A stretch of DNA of 60,541 nucleotides, the filler included, from Perkinsus olseni (Eukaryota), in NCBI GenBank assembly GCA_013115125.1. It is 4 parts of 4 records of this genome, joined end to end, with 100 filler letters (N's around TTAATTAATTAA, not from the genome) between each part and the next. Parts side by side here need not be neighbours in the genome. Positions count along the whole stretch, not along the records: positions 1 to 15,103 come from JABANN010000708.1; positions 15,204 to 30,278 come from JABANN010000709.1; 2 more parts are not named here. One strand, 5' to 3'. Positions 10,868-25,821 of the stretch are shown here, in pieces. Numbering within the stretch: position 1 is the stretch's first letter; each line of letters opens with the position of its first letter. The position numbers and the translations under genes were made by a program. The notes beneath the pieces were generated by a model, which was not told the origin of the DNA, did not search any database, and saw only the letters and a program-made list of their open reading frames with translations.

Positions 10868-12355
10868 CAGCTGAGCCGTTACAGCTGTTACAGTTCTACT
10901 ACCATAGGCGCCCTTATGGGATCGTTCAAGTCCCTCTGGCTGGTCCTGTAGGAAGGATCTCCGATATCAAACTCCCTCTTAAGCCTCTCAACCTTCTCTA
11001 AAAGATACTCCGGCAGATGGACTTCACGACGCATTGACTGACGATCAGCACTCAAGGCTTTATCGCAGGCCACCGCATCTCCGAGACCCCTGAAACAGGG
11101 GCACCGTGGCCTAGCAACACCACGCAAACACACTCATGATCGTGTGGCTTAGTAGTGGACAGCATTGAACTACGAGACCGCCAACTCGAGACCCGAGCCT
11201 AGGAGTTCTGTAACAGCACCATCAAACGGGCGCATGATAGGACGATCATGAAACGAAGGACTGAAGGTCGACTAAATCCGCTGCGCCTTCGGTTATACAC
11301 AAAATCGGAAATACCAAAAAATTGTGCTGACTGGTCGGTTATAATTCTCGAGCAGATGCTCAGCGTCCAAACGGGACTGTTGCTCTCCATGGCGAACCTA
11401 TTTACGTACGAAAAAATTTGTCGCGGAAATAAAATTACCGAAAATCATGAAAATGTCTTAACAATAAGAATGTCTTCCTCATAGTATGGCACTTTTCCGT
11501 TACATAAATTATGAACTGAACTATCAATCTTGCTTCAGTACCTTCACCGTGAAGGCTTCACGCGTATCACTACTACGACCTCCGTAATGGAGGTGCCACG
11601 GGGACGGTGCCGTGACTAATGCACATCATGACGAAGGCTGCATCACCATGTACAAAATACAAGTCGGCGCCCAATCACTTGGACACCCCCTGTATTACTC
11701 TTCCAAGATGCTCCTCCCTCGACCGACTCTGAGGACCCTCCTAGGCCGCATTTGCCCCTTCACACTCTTCCCGAACGCCTTCCCCGGCAACCTGGGAGCC
11801 CTCGGCAGGGCCAAATCGGCCAAGGCCTTTCGCCCGCCGCCAAAAGCCTGTTCAAGCGCCTTTAGGCTCTTCCGATGCTCTTGGTCGATCTCCCTTCTCA
11901 AGGCAGTCACCAAGTCCTTGTTAATAATACCCTTCTCCTCAATCACCTCGACCTCATGATCGTTGTAGCCCACCAAACACGGATTCCCCCAGTGCAGCAC
12001 TTTGATCGTCTCGCACCCGCAAGGATACGCCTGGGGTATCCTGATAGTAGCTTTCGACCTAATTCTGTTATCGAAGGTCGACGCTGCTCTGTGAGGCCAA
12101 CCCCAGCTCCTTTCAGATTTGTAATCCAGTGCGCAGCCATAAGTGACCTCAAAGATCTCGCCACACTCTCCATGATCAGTTTGAAGTACTTCTTGTATGA
12201 TGAACGGCGGTCGAAGATGCGTCCAAAAATTAAAATTACCATCTCTTAAACGAGTAGGGACGCAGACTTGTGTCATCATCAAAGCTGCATCAGCGGCAAT
12301 CGCGGACTTGAATTTACGCGATGCCCTGGTGTACGCTATGTACCTAGCAAAGACG

Positions 12356-12615
12356 GAGAGCTACACCGTACCGTATCATTATCGAATTGCTACTGTACGA
12401 GAGAGCTACACCGTACCGTATCATTATCGAATNNNNNNNNNNNNNNNNNNNNNNNNNNNNNNNNNNNNNNNNNNNNNNNNNNNNNNNNNNNNNNNNNNNN
12501 NNNNNNNNNNNNNNNNNNNNNNNNNNNGGTACCGTATCATTATCGAATTGCTACTGTACGAGAGAGCTACACCGTACCGTATCATTATCGAATTGCTACT
12601 GGTACGAGAGAGCTA
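12356..12615. repeat. 45-bp tandem satellite spanning an assembly gap
   Basis: Unit GAGAGCTACACCGTACCGTATCATTATCGAATTGCTACTGTACGA on both sides of the N run. Confidence 0.92.
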
Positions 12616-15030
12616 CATACACTATCATAGTCAGCGATCAACTTTTTGGGCGCTTTGTTTTCCGAACAGGTCAGAGGCCATATCCTATGCCGATGAAGTC
12701 TGCAGCTGTACGAGCGAAGCTTGATTAAGCCTAGAGCAGGCATCCGACTAGAGTCCCAACGACAACCTAGTAGAGACTGTAAAAGGACTATTTACCGAGT
12801 GGAGATGGTACGCATTGTTTAGAACAAGGGATAGAGTACCCTTAGTTAATATCCTTACTCTCCTGGATACCCTCACTATACTCGATTTACACTGTCCAGT
12901 ACTACCACACCATACGCAAATTCCATGCCACACCACAGGCAGGTGTCTCCGTCGTCCATTACAGTTGCTTCAAATAGAGGAGGCGAAAGCGCAGCGAGCA
13001 GACCAGAGCCAGTACCGACACCCCTCTGCTTTGGCTCGGCGACCTCCCGCGACCTACATGTCCCTGGCGAGCTGTGCCTTAGTCCGGAGTCGTCCCCTAG
13101 GCATAGCGCTCAACGACCGGCATTTACTGACCTTCTCCGGGACCCTGCTGCGATGATGAAGCCGCACACCGTCTGACGTGAAGGGCCGGTTGGGGAGCGG
13201 CATCGGCGAGAAACAACTGCGACTTGACTTTCTACTGTCAAAGACTTCAATCCCCCCGGTGATAATCAGCAGACTAGCCAAACCGCGCAGATGGTCTGAA
13301 AAATCCATTTCCGGCGGGAAAAATGACGCCCCCGAGAATCGAACCCGGGGCCTCATGGAGGCGCGTGCGGAGAATTGCTCCGCTTCGGTAAGTGGCAGGC
13401 AGGCCGGGGTGCTTAGCGCGAGTGAAAAGTCGTATTTCAGCCGATACCGAACTACATGGAAATATAAGGGCTTATATGAATCAAACTCATGGCTATTACG
13501 CCTTACGAACATGAGGCTCTGGGTTCCGTTCCACCGATATACAGGTTCAGAAGCTGAACTGCTTCATCACTACGAATCCTAGTCCACGGTAATGCCTTAC
13601 GCCTTACATCGACCAGAAAGAGGCGGTGAGCACTTTGAATTGAGTCGTTATTGACTAGGTACGGCGATGGGGGTCCCCTCCGCGAAGATTTTGAACCGAT
13701 GGAAGGGAAGACGGTGGTGGCGGCCAGGCTAATATGGCCCCCATGATCGACAGAGTGCACTCAGGTAAGAGGCTTGATGAGGCGGTTCGGCAATTCGTCA
13801 ATTCGTACACCGAGACTCCATCACTAAATTCAAGAACGCGAAAACTCGGGACTGATGAGCGCGGAGAGGCATTAAAATGGACTGTAATCGCGCCCGTCGT
13901 GAGGGCGTTATGCCAAACTAGATAACGTAGGCCAACGGCCTCCTTAAATTATGTAAATCCGCTGCCTGGGACCCGTCCTCAGATTCGGATTCTCAATCTT
14001 CTGGCAACTTCCGAATTTCGAAAGTTGTAGTCAACTGCCTGCAAAAATCGGAGGGACTGTAATATGACTTGAAAGTCTCTTCCGAGGGCCTTCCTGATAC
14101 TTTCGGGAAGGCAATGATTTTCTGAAAACCCGTTCCGTTGTGATGGTAACATTGATACAGCATCTATTATCGGACTGAATATTTCTTCGGACCGCGCCAA
14201 ATTGCTGACCGATCACAGGAAAATGCCCAGGGGTTACGGTTTCGGGAAAAAACTAACTTCTGGTCAATGTCTCAGAATAGGACAGCGATCCTCAGACTAT
14301 TTTGGAACCTTTCGGAAGGCCCTTTCCGAAAGCTTTCGAAGCCTCCAAACCACGCTCGCTCGGGTGTAGTCTGGAGTAGTTCAGAAAAGCACACTTACGA
14401 AGCACGCTGTATTCCTCCTGTATCATGATGATCAGCCATTGCACAGAAGATGGGCTACTTACAAATACTAATCTATACAGAATAATATCGTCAAGGATTG
14501 ACGATACTGTGAAGCTTAGCGTCGGCGATGGCGTCCTTCTCATTATTCGTTCACCGTTGCTGCTGTGCCCCCCTCCGCCGCAACCGTCTGGGTAAGCCAG
14601 AGGGAGTGCCTGCATAACTGAGGTTACCTCAGTGAGGTATGATGACCCCCACGGAGGGGGGCCCAGCCGCGTGACGCGGCCCGCGTTCTCAACCGTCGAT
14701 CGACTCGATGCTAAGCTCAACAAAAAATGATTCGTGTAAGATGAGAGGAAAGCGATCCCCAGAAAGTGCGACTCAGTTGATAAAATAAAAACTTCAATAG
14801 TCCGCGACAGTCTCTAATGAAACCTAGATTCCTGGAACGACTGGTCCTAGCGGAGGAAAAATTTGATCGCCCATTCTGCGGGATCAAGTTCGGGCGTTTT
14901 TGTGACGAAGTGGGGAGAGCGGTAATGCCTGCAGTTGATTCTCTTGATAGAGACGACCCTCTTCTTTGCTGGACACTTCCACTCCTAAGGAGTGGCTCCT
15001 TCAGTCTTGTCCATTTGGCTATCTTAGTTT

Positions 15031-15103
15031 TACACCATTTCCAGACCTACTTAGTAAAAACCCAGAGCAATTAAATAAAGCCCAGACCAAATTAGTAAAA
15101 CCC
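15031..15103 (+). mobile_element. DNA-transposon-like end (TIR plus ~20-bp subterminal repeats), running into a gap
   Basis: TA|CACCATTTCCAGACCTACTTAGTAAAA followed by TTAGTAAAA-CCCAGA-CAA type units. The 29-bp terminus is an exact inverted copy of 31511-31539. Confidence 0.65.
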
Positions 15104-15203
15104 NNNNNNNNNNNNNNNNNNNNNNNNNNNNNNNNNNNNNNNNNNNNTTAATTAATTAANNNNNNNNNNNNNNNNNNNNNNNNNNNNNNNNNNNNNNNNN
15201 NNN

Positions 15204-15258
<55 letters not shown>

Positions 15259-15326
15259 TGATGATGATGATGATGAGTGGTAGAGGAGACGATGGGATGC
15301 AGTGGTGGTGTTGATGATGATGGTAG

Positions 15327-16433
15327 GTTGGGAGTAACTATATTGGCCTCAGTAGAAGGGACCAGACTATGCAGAAGATAATGGAGAGTACTAATGCCAT
15401 CACCGCTGATATATTAAGTACGTTGTTGTTGATGCTGATGTTGTTGTTGATGATGGGAATGATTGTAGACATGGAAACAGAAGAGAGGACGTTAGGGAAG
15501 AGTATAAGGAAAAGGAGGGAGTTCGAGGAGCAACTGCAGGGGCATGTTAATAAAAGTAAATATGAGATAGCTGAACTGAAGAGGTTGATAGAGAATGGAG
15601 GGAGAGGGAAGGAGGGACTGGCTGAGGAGTATGAGTTGTTATCAAAGTCATTGGTGACCATCAATGATGATAACGATGCATTAGAAGGCATAAGAAAGAA
15701 GCATGAGAGGGAATGTGATAATATTGAGAAGTGAGGGGGGGATACCCCTGTCACTGTTGTTGATGGTGGTGGTGGTGTTATTATTATTATTATTCAGGGA
15801 CATACAGGTAGTTGGTAGGAGCATAAAGGCTGTTGAAGAGGCCGTATTGGAATACATCGGCCAGGAGACTACTATTAATAGGGATACTATTAATACTATC
15901 AAAGGTGGGAGGGTAGAGGGGGAAGGATGATACTTGTCCAATGCATCATCAGAGACAAAAGCTATGCAAGAGGGTAATATAGAGAAGGAAGGGGACATAA
16001 CCGAGGCACAGAATGAGAGTGCTAGGGCCAAGGTAGATGTATTAAACATCAAGGTAGGGGTGAGGGTAGTGGCATCAAGATCATCATCATGGTCATAGGC
16101 ACATAACAACGCATTGGCTGATCGGGTACAGGAGTTGGAGGGACAACTTACACAAGCAGAGGATCTATGTAGAAGGTGAGGAGGGAGTATGTATGATGAT
16201 GAGAGGAGTGGGGGGAAGAGTGGTATAGGTATGATGAGGAGGTTATTAGGAGGATGAGGCAGATAGACAAGAGGCAGTTGATGGTGGAAAGGCTGAATAA
16301 AGAGTATGATGATAAACGTAGTGGGCTGGCGGGTATGGCAGCAGAGGAGGCAGAAGCATTGGGACCCTTAGAAGCCAAGATAAGGGGTATCAGGAACGAT
16401 GTAAAAACATCACCAAACTCATCATCATCAAAC

Positions 16434-16477
<44 letters not shown>

Positions 16478-17906
16478 GTAGTTAATATACTAGGGGGATG
16501 ATGGTGTTGAGTTTAGATTGAAGAGTGTAGAAAGAAGAGCGAAGCTATGCAGAAGAAATGGATATTATCACAGAGTGAACTGATGGCCCTGAACGATGAT
16601 GAAGAGCAGATGAGGCAGAGGAATGATATACTTTACACCAAGATTATAGTAATAACAACAACAAGCAGCCAGCAGCAGCAGCTGGCTCGGGTGGGGCAGT
16701 AGAAGAGGATGTCACAGATCCTGGATGAGAAGCTGAGGAGACTGATGTCAGTAATAGAGCAAAGAGTTAAAGATAACAAGATGTGTAACAGGGAGATATG
16801 GCAGCTACGGGAGGATATGCTTAGGATTAATAAAAGTAATATTAATAACAACACTACCCCTGCTGATGGTGATGAGGGGCAGGAATAGGAGAGTACAGGG
16901 AGAAGGAGGGCAGAGTGAGGAGTGAATTGAAGGACATTGAGAGTAGGATGGTGACAAGGTTATCGAAGAAGGAAGAAGAGATGAGTAATACTCCCTCCCA
17001 CCATCAGCAGAGGTGTCGAAGTTATGATATTGTAGGTACGGCACATGAGACAGTAGACAGCAGTAAAGAGTTGAGCTTGAAACTGGAAAAGGATCTGATA
17101 GAAAGTGAGAGACAGTTGGCACAATGGGAGAAGAAGATGAAACTAGAAGAGGTTAGTCATCTGTGTTGAAGGGCACCATCAGCCTCAACAGCAGTCGGGT
17201 GTTGATGCTGGTTAGGATCTTCAAGAGAGTCTGGACCCGAATGTTGGACAGTCAGAGATGGGTGCCATGAGGAAGGAGATACATCGGATGGAGCTACGAT
17301 ACAGTCAGCTGTTAAGGAGGCAAGAGGAGTTGGTGAGGGAGATGACAAGGGCTGTTGATAAAAGAGATATCATCGAAGTGAAGCTGAAGGGTGGTGTTGA
17401 TGATGATGCTAGGAGGAGTAGGATTAAAAAGGATATCAACACTCAAAGGAATATTACAGGTCTGCAGAGGAAGTTAGCGGTAGTAGAAGATGGGGTGGTA
17501 GTAGTAGAATGATAGTGATGTTGCTGTTGGTGTGGTAGTCCATTACCGAAGCTGCTGCTGTTGCCGATGTTGATATCAAAGATAAAGAGGATAGAATAAT
17601 GGCGATAGGCGAACAAATAAGAGATCTAACACAAGTACTTGATGGTACCGATGAGGAGGTGGAACATATATTGAGAGAAGTAATAGTGATGGTGGTGTTG
17701 GATGATGGGGAGATGACGCGTGTAGGTGTGCCAAGGTGTAGTGAGGAAGGGTAGGCAATTTGGCGAAGCTGTTGGGATGCAGCATGAGACAAGAAGGCTC
17801 GAACACCGGGCTAACAAGAGTCGTCGGAAACAACAGCAACAGCAACAGCAGCAAGGGGGTGAGGGTGGTAGGGCGATAGGAGGAGGGGTATGCTGTGGTC
17901 ATTACA

Positions 17907-17975
<69 letters not shown>

Positions 17976-18234
17976 ACTAGTAGCATCACCATCACTGGAG
18001 TTGGACCTGGCTCTGCAATTGATGTACAGACGAGACGATTGTCCACGTACAATGATGGTATACACCGAGTACTACTAGAGGCGGCGGACAGGTGATAAGT
18101 GGAGGAGGAGGAGGCAGAGGTTGTTGTTGAGTAGGTACCCTATGTTGGAGGAGACGTGGTCCGAACTTATCGATTGGTCCATGCAGAATCAGGATAGGGT
18201 TAAAGAAGTAGTACATGGTGGTGATGCATCATGA
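15327..18234 (+). CDS. CCDC40: Coiled-coil domain-containing protein 40 (axonemal ruler, FAP172-like), multi-exon; 5' part lost in gap
   Basis: Spliced segments ARAKVDVLNIK|AHNNAL, LGPLEAKI, MQKKWILSQSELM and ERQLAQWEKKMKLEE|DLQESLDPNVGQSEMGAMRKEIHRMELRYSQLLRRQEELVREMTRAVDKRDII resemble the conserved CCDC40 C-terminal region. Confidence 0.8.
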
Positions 18235-18395
18235 TGATTACTAATGTTGATACTCCGTCATTAGTGTTGAGCTATCAGCAGGTTATGGGGGGTAGCAGTA
18301 AGATGAGAAAAGGATCACCAAAGGGAGTACTCTCATCGTAACACAACTCTAGTTAATGAGGAAATCCGACGTGATAGTAACGCTGATGAGGACGA

Positions 18396-18564
18396 CTACG
18401 CTGATGAGAGGTGGATGTTATCCCACCTCTCAGACCAGTAATCATCTTCATAAGGTTTATCATAACTACTACCATATACTGGTGGATGATACCTGATAAT
18501 GCAACGACGATGATAGAGTAGACAGTGAGAATAGGTTACCAATAGTTAACAGCAAGATGACCAA

Positions 18565-18623
<59 letters not shown>

Positions 18624-19497
18624 GTAGTTGGGGTGGTGGTGGTGGAGTAGGATAGAACCTCATGAAAGTAGCTAGCTGGAAGGTAGAGCATATCCCCAGG
18701 TAGCAGTTCAACTTGAACGTATTCACTATGCACACCCCCACTAGTAGGGGGACTAATAGTATTATTAAGGCCTGAAGAGCATTGACTGATGGCACTTGGC
18801 CATGATGATGTAGGGGCTTACAGAAGTGTAGGGGACCTTGATTATCATCTTTCTTAATATCCTCCCCCTCCTCTATCTTCCTCTTCTTAGCATCTGGCCC
18901 CTCCTCCTCCTCCTCCTCCTCCTCCTCCTCCTCGACATCATCATCATCATCATCATCAAAGTCAGCCTCAGCAATAGCGATATCGAGTAGCTTATCGAGT
19001 TCTGCCTCTTCCTCCTCCTCATCATCATCCTGTTCTACTGTAGATGAATCAGCAGCAGTCCCTTCCCTCTCCTCCTCCCCTTTATGATCCTTCATCCCGT
19101 GTAACAGTTTATGACGTACCTAATACCATCTCATCCAGTCATCATCATCATGGAGGTAGCCCCCAATCATCCTACAACATCAGCTTGCCTTGCTCCATCC
19201 TCCCTAACACTATACCCACCACCAGGCAGAGGACGACAATCGTAACAGATAAGACCGTTGGGTAAGACGACCACCGTGTCGTTTGCGGCGACTCCATTGG
19301 TGTCCAACCCCTTGGCTATGGCATCTGGGCTGTATATACGGAATATCTTCCTTCCCCTCAGCAGCATATACACATTATCATGATAATCATGATGTAACCC
19401 GGTGGTACTACCATCCTTAGCATGGCCAAACCACATGTTAACTTGATACTGTGTTAGATGAGTATCCTTCAACATGGGAGGGTTCAGGGGTATCTTC

Positions 19498-19546
<49 letters not shown>

Positions 19547-19985
19547 TCATGATGATGATGATGATGATGATTAATCCGTATGATGCTGATATTATTATTC
19601 TTATTACCAAATTATTATCGATTAATTTCTGTATATGTGGTCCCATCTTCTCGGTCGGTCCGCCATCATTTTGGGATATCGGTATGTCTTGTGTTGTCAT
19701 ATACACCTTACTGGTGGAGACCCTTTTAATGAAGTCCTTGAAGGGGATATGCAACCTCTTATCATCACTCCAGTCTGTCTTACCAAAACTATCTGATTCA
19801 TCTGAAGTTAACCGGCATCCGCAGCAACATGACACCCATCTGTAATAGTGGTAGTATTATTACCCTTCCTTTCCTCTGCTGTAACAACCTCATCCCCAGC
19901 AACCCTCATCATGGCAGCATTGGACATGTGCTTGATATACTCCTTCCCTCCCCCACGCACTACACAGGGCCTCCCTACACACAAG

Positions 19986-20026
<41 letters not shown>

Positions 20027-20215
20027 GGATACTCATGATGATGATGATAACTACTCCTTACTCTCGGAAACATAATCTTTCCAGATAGTACTACAAGCGT
20101 GATCATCATCATCATCTAGGGTGATGATGATCTGAGAGACCTCCCCCAGTCTTGTACTTCCTCCTATTGTGGATGGGCCCTGATAATGGCAGGGTATGGT
20201 ATTGGTTGCTGTCAT
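18396..20215 (-). CDS. JmjC (Cupin_8) 2-oxoglutarate/Fe(II) oxygenase, multi-exon
   Basis: WKDYVSE|RRPCVVRG; VNMWFG...TGLHHDYHDNVYMLLRGRKIFRIY (HxD); VELLPGDMLYLPASYFHEVLS (distal His); HLAVNYW|YHPP. Confidence 0.88.
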
Positions 20216-20482
20216 CAATGGCAGGCAGCAGCAAGCAGCAGCTGTTCTTCTAATTCTTCCTTATTGTAATACTCTCTCCCAACTATATAACACAATACCT
20301 CCATTATTGTATAATATCACTATCATCATCAACACTAGTATTATTATAAAACAGTAACGTAAAGGAAGGTAATAGTACAACAGAGGTAGCAGCAGAGGTA
20401 GGCAGTCTTACATCACCTTCTTCTTCTTCCCCCTTCCCCTCCTCTGCATAAGTATACAGTATGAATAGTATTATGATGATCA

Positions 20483-23400
20483 TCAACATTGAACAGGTTG
20501 GGTGGTGGCGGTAGGTGGTGATGGGGAATCGATCAGCGAATGGTGGTGATGATGATGATGATGAGCGCTGGGAGGAATAGGCTGCTGCTGCTGCTGCTGC
20601 TGCTCCTGACTGCAGGTCTTGGTCGTAGTGGAACTACTCGATGAGGAGGAGGAGGATAGGCCGGCCACCACTTGGTCAAGTTCAGCATCCTAATAATGAT
20701 AACAACAGCTGTGATACCCCTGCCATCCTCCTACTACTCCTGTCGATTCCTACTACCTGTATTGATGGGTCGGGTGGTTGTGTTAGATTGGGCTCTACCA
20801 TAGTAGCATAGATCTCATCAATAGTATCTTCTGATACACCACTCTCTAATGGTACGTTACGAAGGTACACAATAAGATTCCTAATACCGGTAGAATACTC
20901 CTCGTCCGGCCCATTACTAGGTGATATCTAAATCACGATCATCATCATCATCATACTGCCGCCACGGCCACGCCCTTTATGAAGTTGTTGTTGTTATTAC
21001 TATTGATGTGTGGGCGAAGTCGATCATCTTGACAGTACCATTCCTGGGCTCACTACTCTCGGCATCAAAAACAAATAGAAGACTGCCAGACCAGAAACGG
21101 AAGCCATTGAGGCTTTGTAGTATCTACGACCCATCACAGCGACATGACTCATCCCCCCTTCCATTGCTGCTGCTGTTGCTGTGGCTGCTACTTACCCCGA
21201 GTAATCTCTCTAATTTATCAACCAGTCTTTTGATAAGAGTCTTCTTATAGGGTTCCTCGACAGAGTCAAAGAAAGTATTAATAGTCTGGAAGACTCCCTG
21301 TTCTGACTGTTTTCTTCCATAATATTTATTATAATATACCCTCTCACCACTGATCCTATCATAAAGTTGTACACCACACATACGGAAGGCTAGACTATGA
21401 CTGGTCGTCTGACGGGACTTCTTCAGTTTACTCTCCATCTTAGCCTTCGATAAACCATATCTAACGGCCCTCTGCTTAGCACCCATCTTCAAGTCCAATA
21501 TACCTGTCGATGATGATGATGATGATGATGATGATGAGCAGTATACCCTGACAGGGATGATTAAGGTACTTACATGGTGTGCTCATACCATGTGCTAGGT
21601 CTTCTAATACAACCTACCACACCACCACCAACTATTCATCCAATACGAACTACTGCTGCTGCTGCCTCCCTTATTACATATTTCCTCTCCTCCTTCTCTC
21701 TTACTCCATGGCCTGTTAATGATGGGGATGATCCAACTCTGTTGTTGTTATTATGATCAACACCAGTACTGCTGCTGCTGCTGGCAGCAGTGGTATCAGG
21801 TTGTTGTCGTTGACTGATAGGGAGGTCGGTAGTATTACTAGTCTTGGTAGTAGAAGTTGTAGATATCATGTTCTTGTTATCATCCCTACTCTTAGACTTC
21901 TCATCACTTTTGTGAACACCCACATCATCATAACCACCTACTGCTGTTACCAAACCGTTTGAGGCAGCAGCAGTAGTGGTTGTGGTGGTAGTATTATGAG
22001 TAGGTGGTGGAGTAGTACGATGATCCATAGCCGCCGCCGTGTCTTCCCCATCCGTACTCCTCCCCTGTTCCCCTCCTGCTGTTGCCAACAGCTGGTGGGA
22101 ATGTGCCCTATGATATCTCCTTCTAGCACCCCTAGTAGTACCATTATGATGTACTACGGCATTTGCTACTGCAGCTGCTGCTGCTGCCTCCTCCCTTTTA
22201 CGTCGTGACTTCTCCCTCTCTCTATCTATCTGTTCATGAAGCCTATGCTGCTCCTCCTGCTGCTGCTCCTCATCCTCTTCCTCCTTGACCGTAGTACTAA
22301 TGCCCTTCTTCATTCTCCTCTCCTCCTCAGCCCCTTTTGCTGCCTCTATTGATGCTGCGGGTTCTACTGCCCCCAATGGTGGTATAGGTCGGCCACTACT
22401 ACTACCACCATCAGCTGTATTATCACAGTAGATAGTCGGGCAAGATGATCTCCTCTGCTGCTGCTGTTGCTGCTGCTGTTGCTTATGATGATGGCTATGC
22501 TGCTGCTGCTGTTGGCTATCAGCATTAGTACAAGTACTGCACGATGATGATGACGATTGACACCGGGGCACGTCTGATGATGATGATCCAGCGCAGGTAG
22601 AGTTCACCGGGGCAACAGTAACGCTCTTCCTCTCCTCCTCTTCTTCACCTGCCCTCCCTACGACTAGACCAGTAGAGTAGGGCTGATCACTGCTGCTGCT
22701 GCTGCTGCTTCTGCTGGTTGTTGTTGTTGCTGCTGATGTAGTTATGCTACGTCCTTCGGTTTGAGCGTGATGTTGTTGTTGATCATCACCGTATGATGAT
22801 GTTGTTATTGCAGTAGGAACGCTATTGCTGCTGCTGCTGCCGCTGCTATTGTTGTTATCACTGCTCTTATTATTTGCAGTATTACTACTACCACTGTTGC
22901 TGTTACTGCTGCTGCTGCTGCTGAGATTAACCTGATAATAATAATACCGTGATGATGATGATGATTATGATGAGCATGATTAGTCGTTGTTGTTGTCGTT
23001 ATTACTTCACCGTAACATCGGGGAGTAAACCTGAGTAGCTTAGGACACCTCTCCGGTATTATACTCGAATAGAAATGATATTCATCCGGATTACACGGTT
23101 TCAATACCTACAATCAGCATCACCCACACCATCATAACGACCATACTAACGACTCATGTTATTACCAGGAAAGGGGAGTTTTCGGGTTTAACGAATCTTG
23201 TATGACCACCAACTTGTAGACCATACACCGTCAACTGTTGCCCAACCAATGATGATGCCGCCCCTGCTGCTCCTGCTGCTGCCTCTGTTGTTCCAGTATT
23301 ATTAGCAGCAGCAGTAGCAGCAGTAGCAGTAGCAGTACTACTAGTGGCACTAGGCGGTAGTGCTGTATCACCATCAGGAGTAGTGGGCTTCGTGATACTG

Positions 23401-25782
23401 TTGCTACCATCCTCGAGCACATCACCACTGGCAGCAGCAGCAGCAGCAGGTGGTGATGGTGATGGTGATGGAATGGTGTCTTGTGACAAGTAAGCATAAT
23501 GGTCATCATTACTCACTAAAGTACACCCTTCTGCTGATGATGATGCTGCTGCTGCCCCTGATGATGATGACGGTGTTGTAATGAGGACCTGTAATAATAC
23601 TAATCACTACTACTAGTAGTATTATACTCCTCATGACCACAGTAGTGCTATGATGATGATTATTATTATTACTACCTCGGCTGTTGTTGCTGCTGCTCCT
23701 CTTTGAATGGGCGATGACGGGAGAGGCTTCACGAGCGATGATGTTGATTGCTCATGATCGCCATGATGATCATGATGGTGTGGTTCATGATGATGGTGAT
23801 GGTGATGGTGATGGTGTTGTTCTCTTTCTTTCTCGTCGTCGTCCTCATCCTCAGGCATTAGACCCCCTTCCTCCTCTTCTGCACTACTATCCATCTCGGT
23901 GGCCTCTGCCTCTAGTACTGCCTTAACTGCTGCTGCACTTAATGATGGTAATAATGGTTTAATTTCAACCATTACTGACTCGTCATCATCATCGTCATCA
24001 GGACCATTAGAGTGGCCAACAGCAGTTGGCACCGCACCTTCGATGTCATGCTCCTCCTCATCCAACGATGATGAGGATGGCGGCGGGGGCGGGGGCGGCG
24101 ATGTAACAGCAGCCGGAGTAGTGTTAATGGTGTTATCATCAGTAGCACTAGTCGATGATGAGCACTGCATGTGAACTGCGTCATCATCATCCTCCTCCTC
24201 CCTCTTCTTCCCGATATACCCTCCATCCTCCTCTCCTCCTCCTCCTCCTCCTGTTGATCGTTGGCTACTAGTGGGTGGTTGTGGTGGTATAGGGCCTACC
24301 GGTACTAGAGTTAGCATCTTACCCATAGCGGGAGATGACGGTGATGATGATGATGACGTTATCTGCGGCTGTTGTCCCTGATGAAGCAGTTGTTGTTGTT
24401 GTTGTTGTTGCATCTTCGGTGTTGTTGTTGTTGTTGTAGTTGTAGTGTTCTTCTCATGAGGAGGGGACCTCTTGGTAACATGAGGGGTTGTAGACTGCGG
24501 TGGGGGTGATAGTGTAGGTGATACTACTGTTGCTGGATGTATCATTGATGATGATGATGAAGTATGATTATTATTATTATGACATACATCATCATTATCA
24601 ACATCTTCATTATCTAGCTCCATAATAGATGCTGCCGTCGTGTGAGCCCTCCTCCTTCTCCTTCTCCTACCCCCACTACCATCCTCTTCGTTCATCCCAG
24701 TATCCACGTTGGTATGGGTATCCCCTCCTCCTACTGCTACTGCTGTACCATCATGCTGTGGTGACAACAGCTGCTGCCTCGATGCTGATGCTGCTGCTGG
24801 TGTCCCTTGTTGTTGTGTTAGTAAGGCCTCCAATGAGGATGCTGCTGAACTCCATTGAACCTGCAATGCAGACCAGTGCAGACTATAAATATCATCATCA
24901 TCAACAACATCAGCCGTTCGTGTTGTTATTACAGGCATGAGATGCCCCCCCAACTGCTCAGCAACAGTTGTAGTAGTCTTTGTAGGATGATGATGATGAC
25001 GGGATAATATAACGCCTTTAGCCAGTAATCTCCTTCTATAATAACGACAACGTCTACAGTCACACCTCATCATCATAACCCTCTTCCCTAAGCTGCTGTT
25101 GCTGCTGCTGCCTATGCCCCTCTCCTCCCCCTCCTGCTGTACATCCCCTTTTAGTTTATCCAACTGCCTCCCATCTACCGCTGTCGTCGTCGTAGTTGTA
25201 GTAGCACCCCTGTACTCCTCCTCCTCCTTGTGTTGGTGATGGAGTGGTATGGTATGCTCATCTTTGTCTTGGGTAGTAGGAGGTATGACATGCCCTCGTG
25301 GATGATGACCATCAACCCCAGTACCCTCGTCGTCGTCGTCGTCGTCGTCGGCATCCCCACGTCTCCCTTCCTCGTGTCGTAGTGGCTGGGCTATACACTG
25401 ATGATCATGATAATCGTGTTCGAAGTCCTCTTCTTCCTCGTCATGAGCATCATCCAATAATAAATCATCGATACCGAATGCATCAGAGTCGGAGTCAAGA
25501 TCATCATAATAATAATCATAATACTCATCCTCGTAGTAGTCATCCTCGTAGTAGTAGTCATCATCATCACAGCTCCCTTCATCATACTCATCATCATCAT
25601 CCACAGGTGCAGGAGAGGAGGCTGCTGCTGCTGCTGCTGTCGGTGGTGGTGGTGGTGTAGTTATTTGGGCCGGGCCGTCGCCTCCATCAGGTGTATGATA
25701 CAGGATTGCTGGGGATGATGTACCCTTGGAGTCAGCAGCCCGTAGACAATGCTCCTCCTTCTCCTCTACCACTGCAGCAATC

Positions 25783-25821
<39 letters not shown>

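Noticed and set aside
10401-14723. Medium ORFs such as 11695-12282 (195 aa) and 13054-13512
   Set aside because: No recognisable motifs or consistent splice model; possibly decayed mobile DNA, left unassigned.
15148-15159. TTAATTAATTAA inside N runs (also 30323-30334 and 45455-45466)
   Set aside because: Identical six-frame-stop spacer centred in 100-base gaps; an assembly placeholder, not biology.
17890-18095. Poly-Met/Asp/Ile ORFs
   Set aside because: Translations of an intronic (GAT)n microsatellite in the CCDC40 gene.
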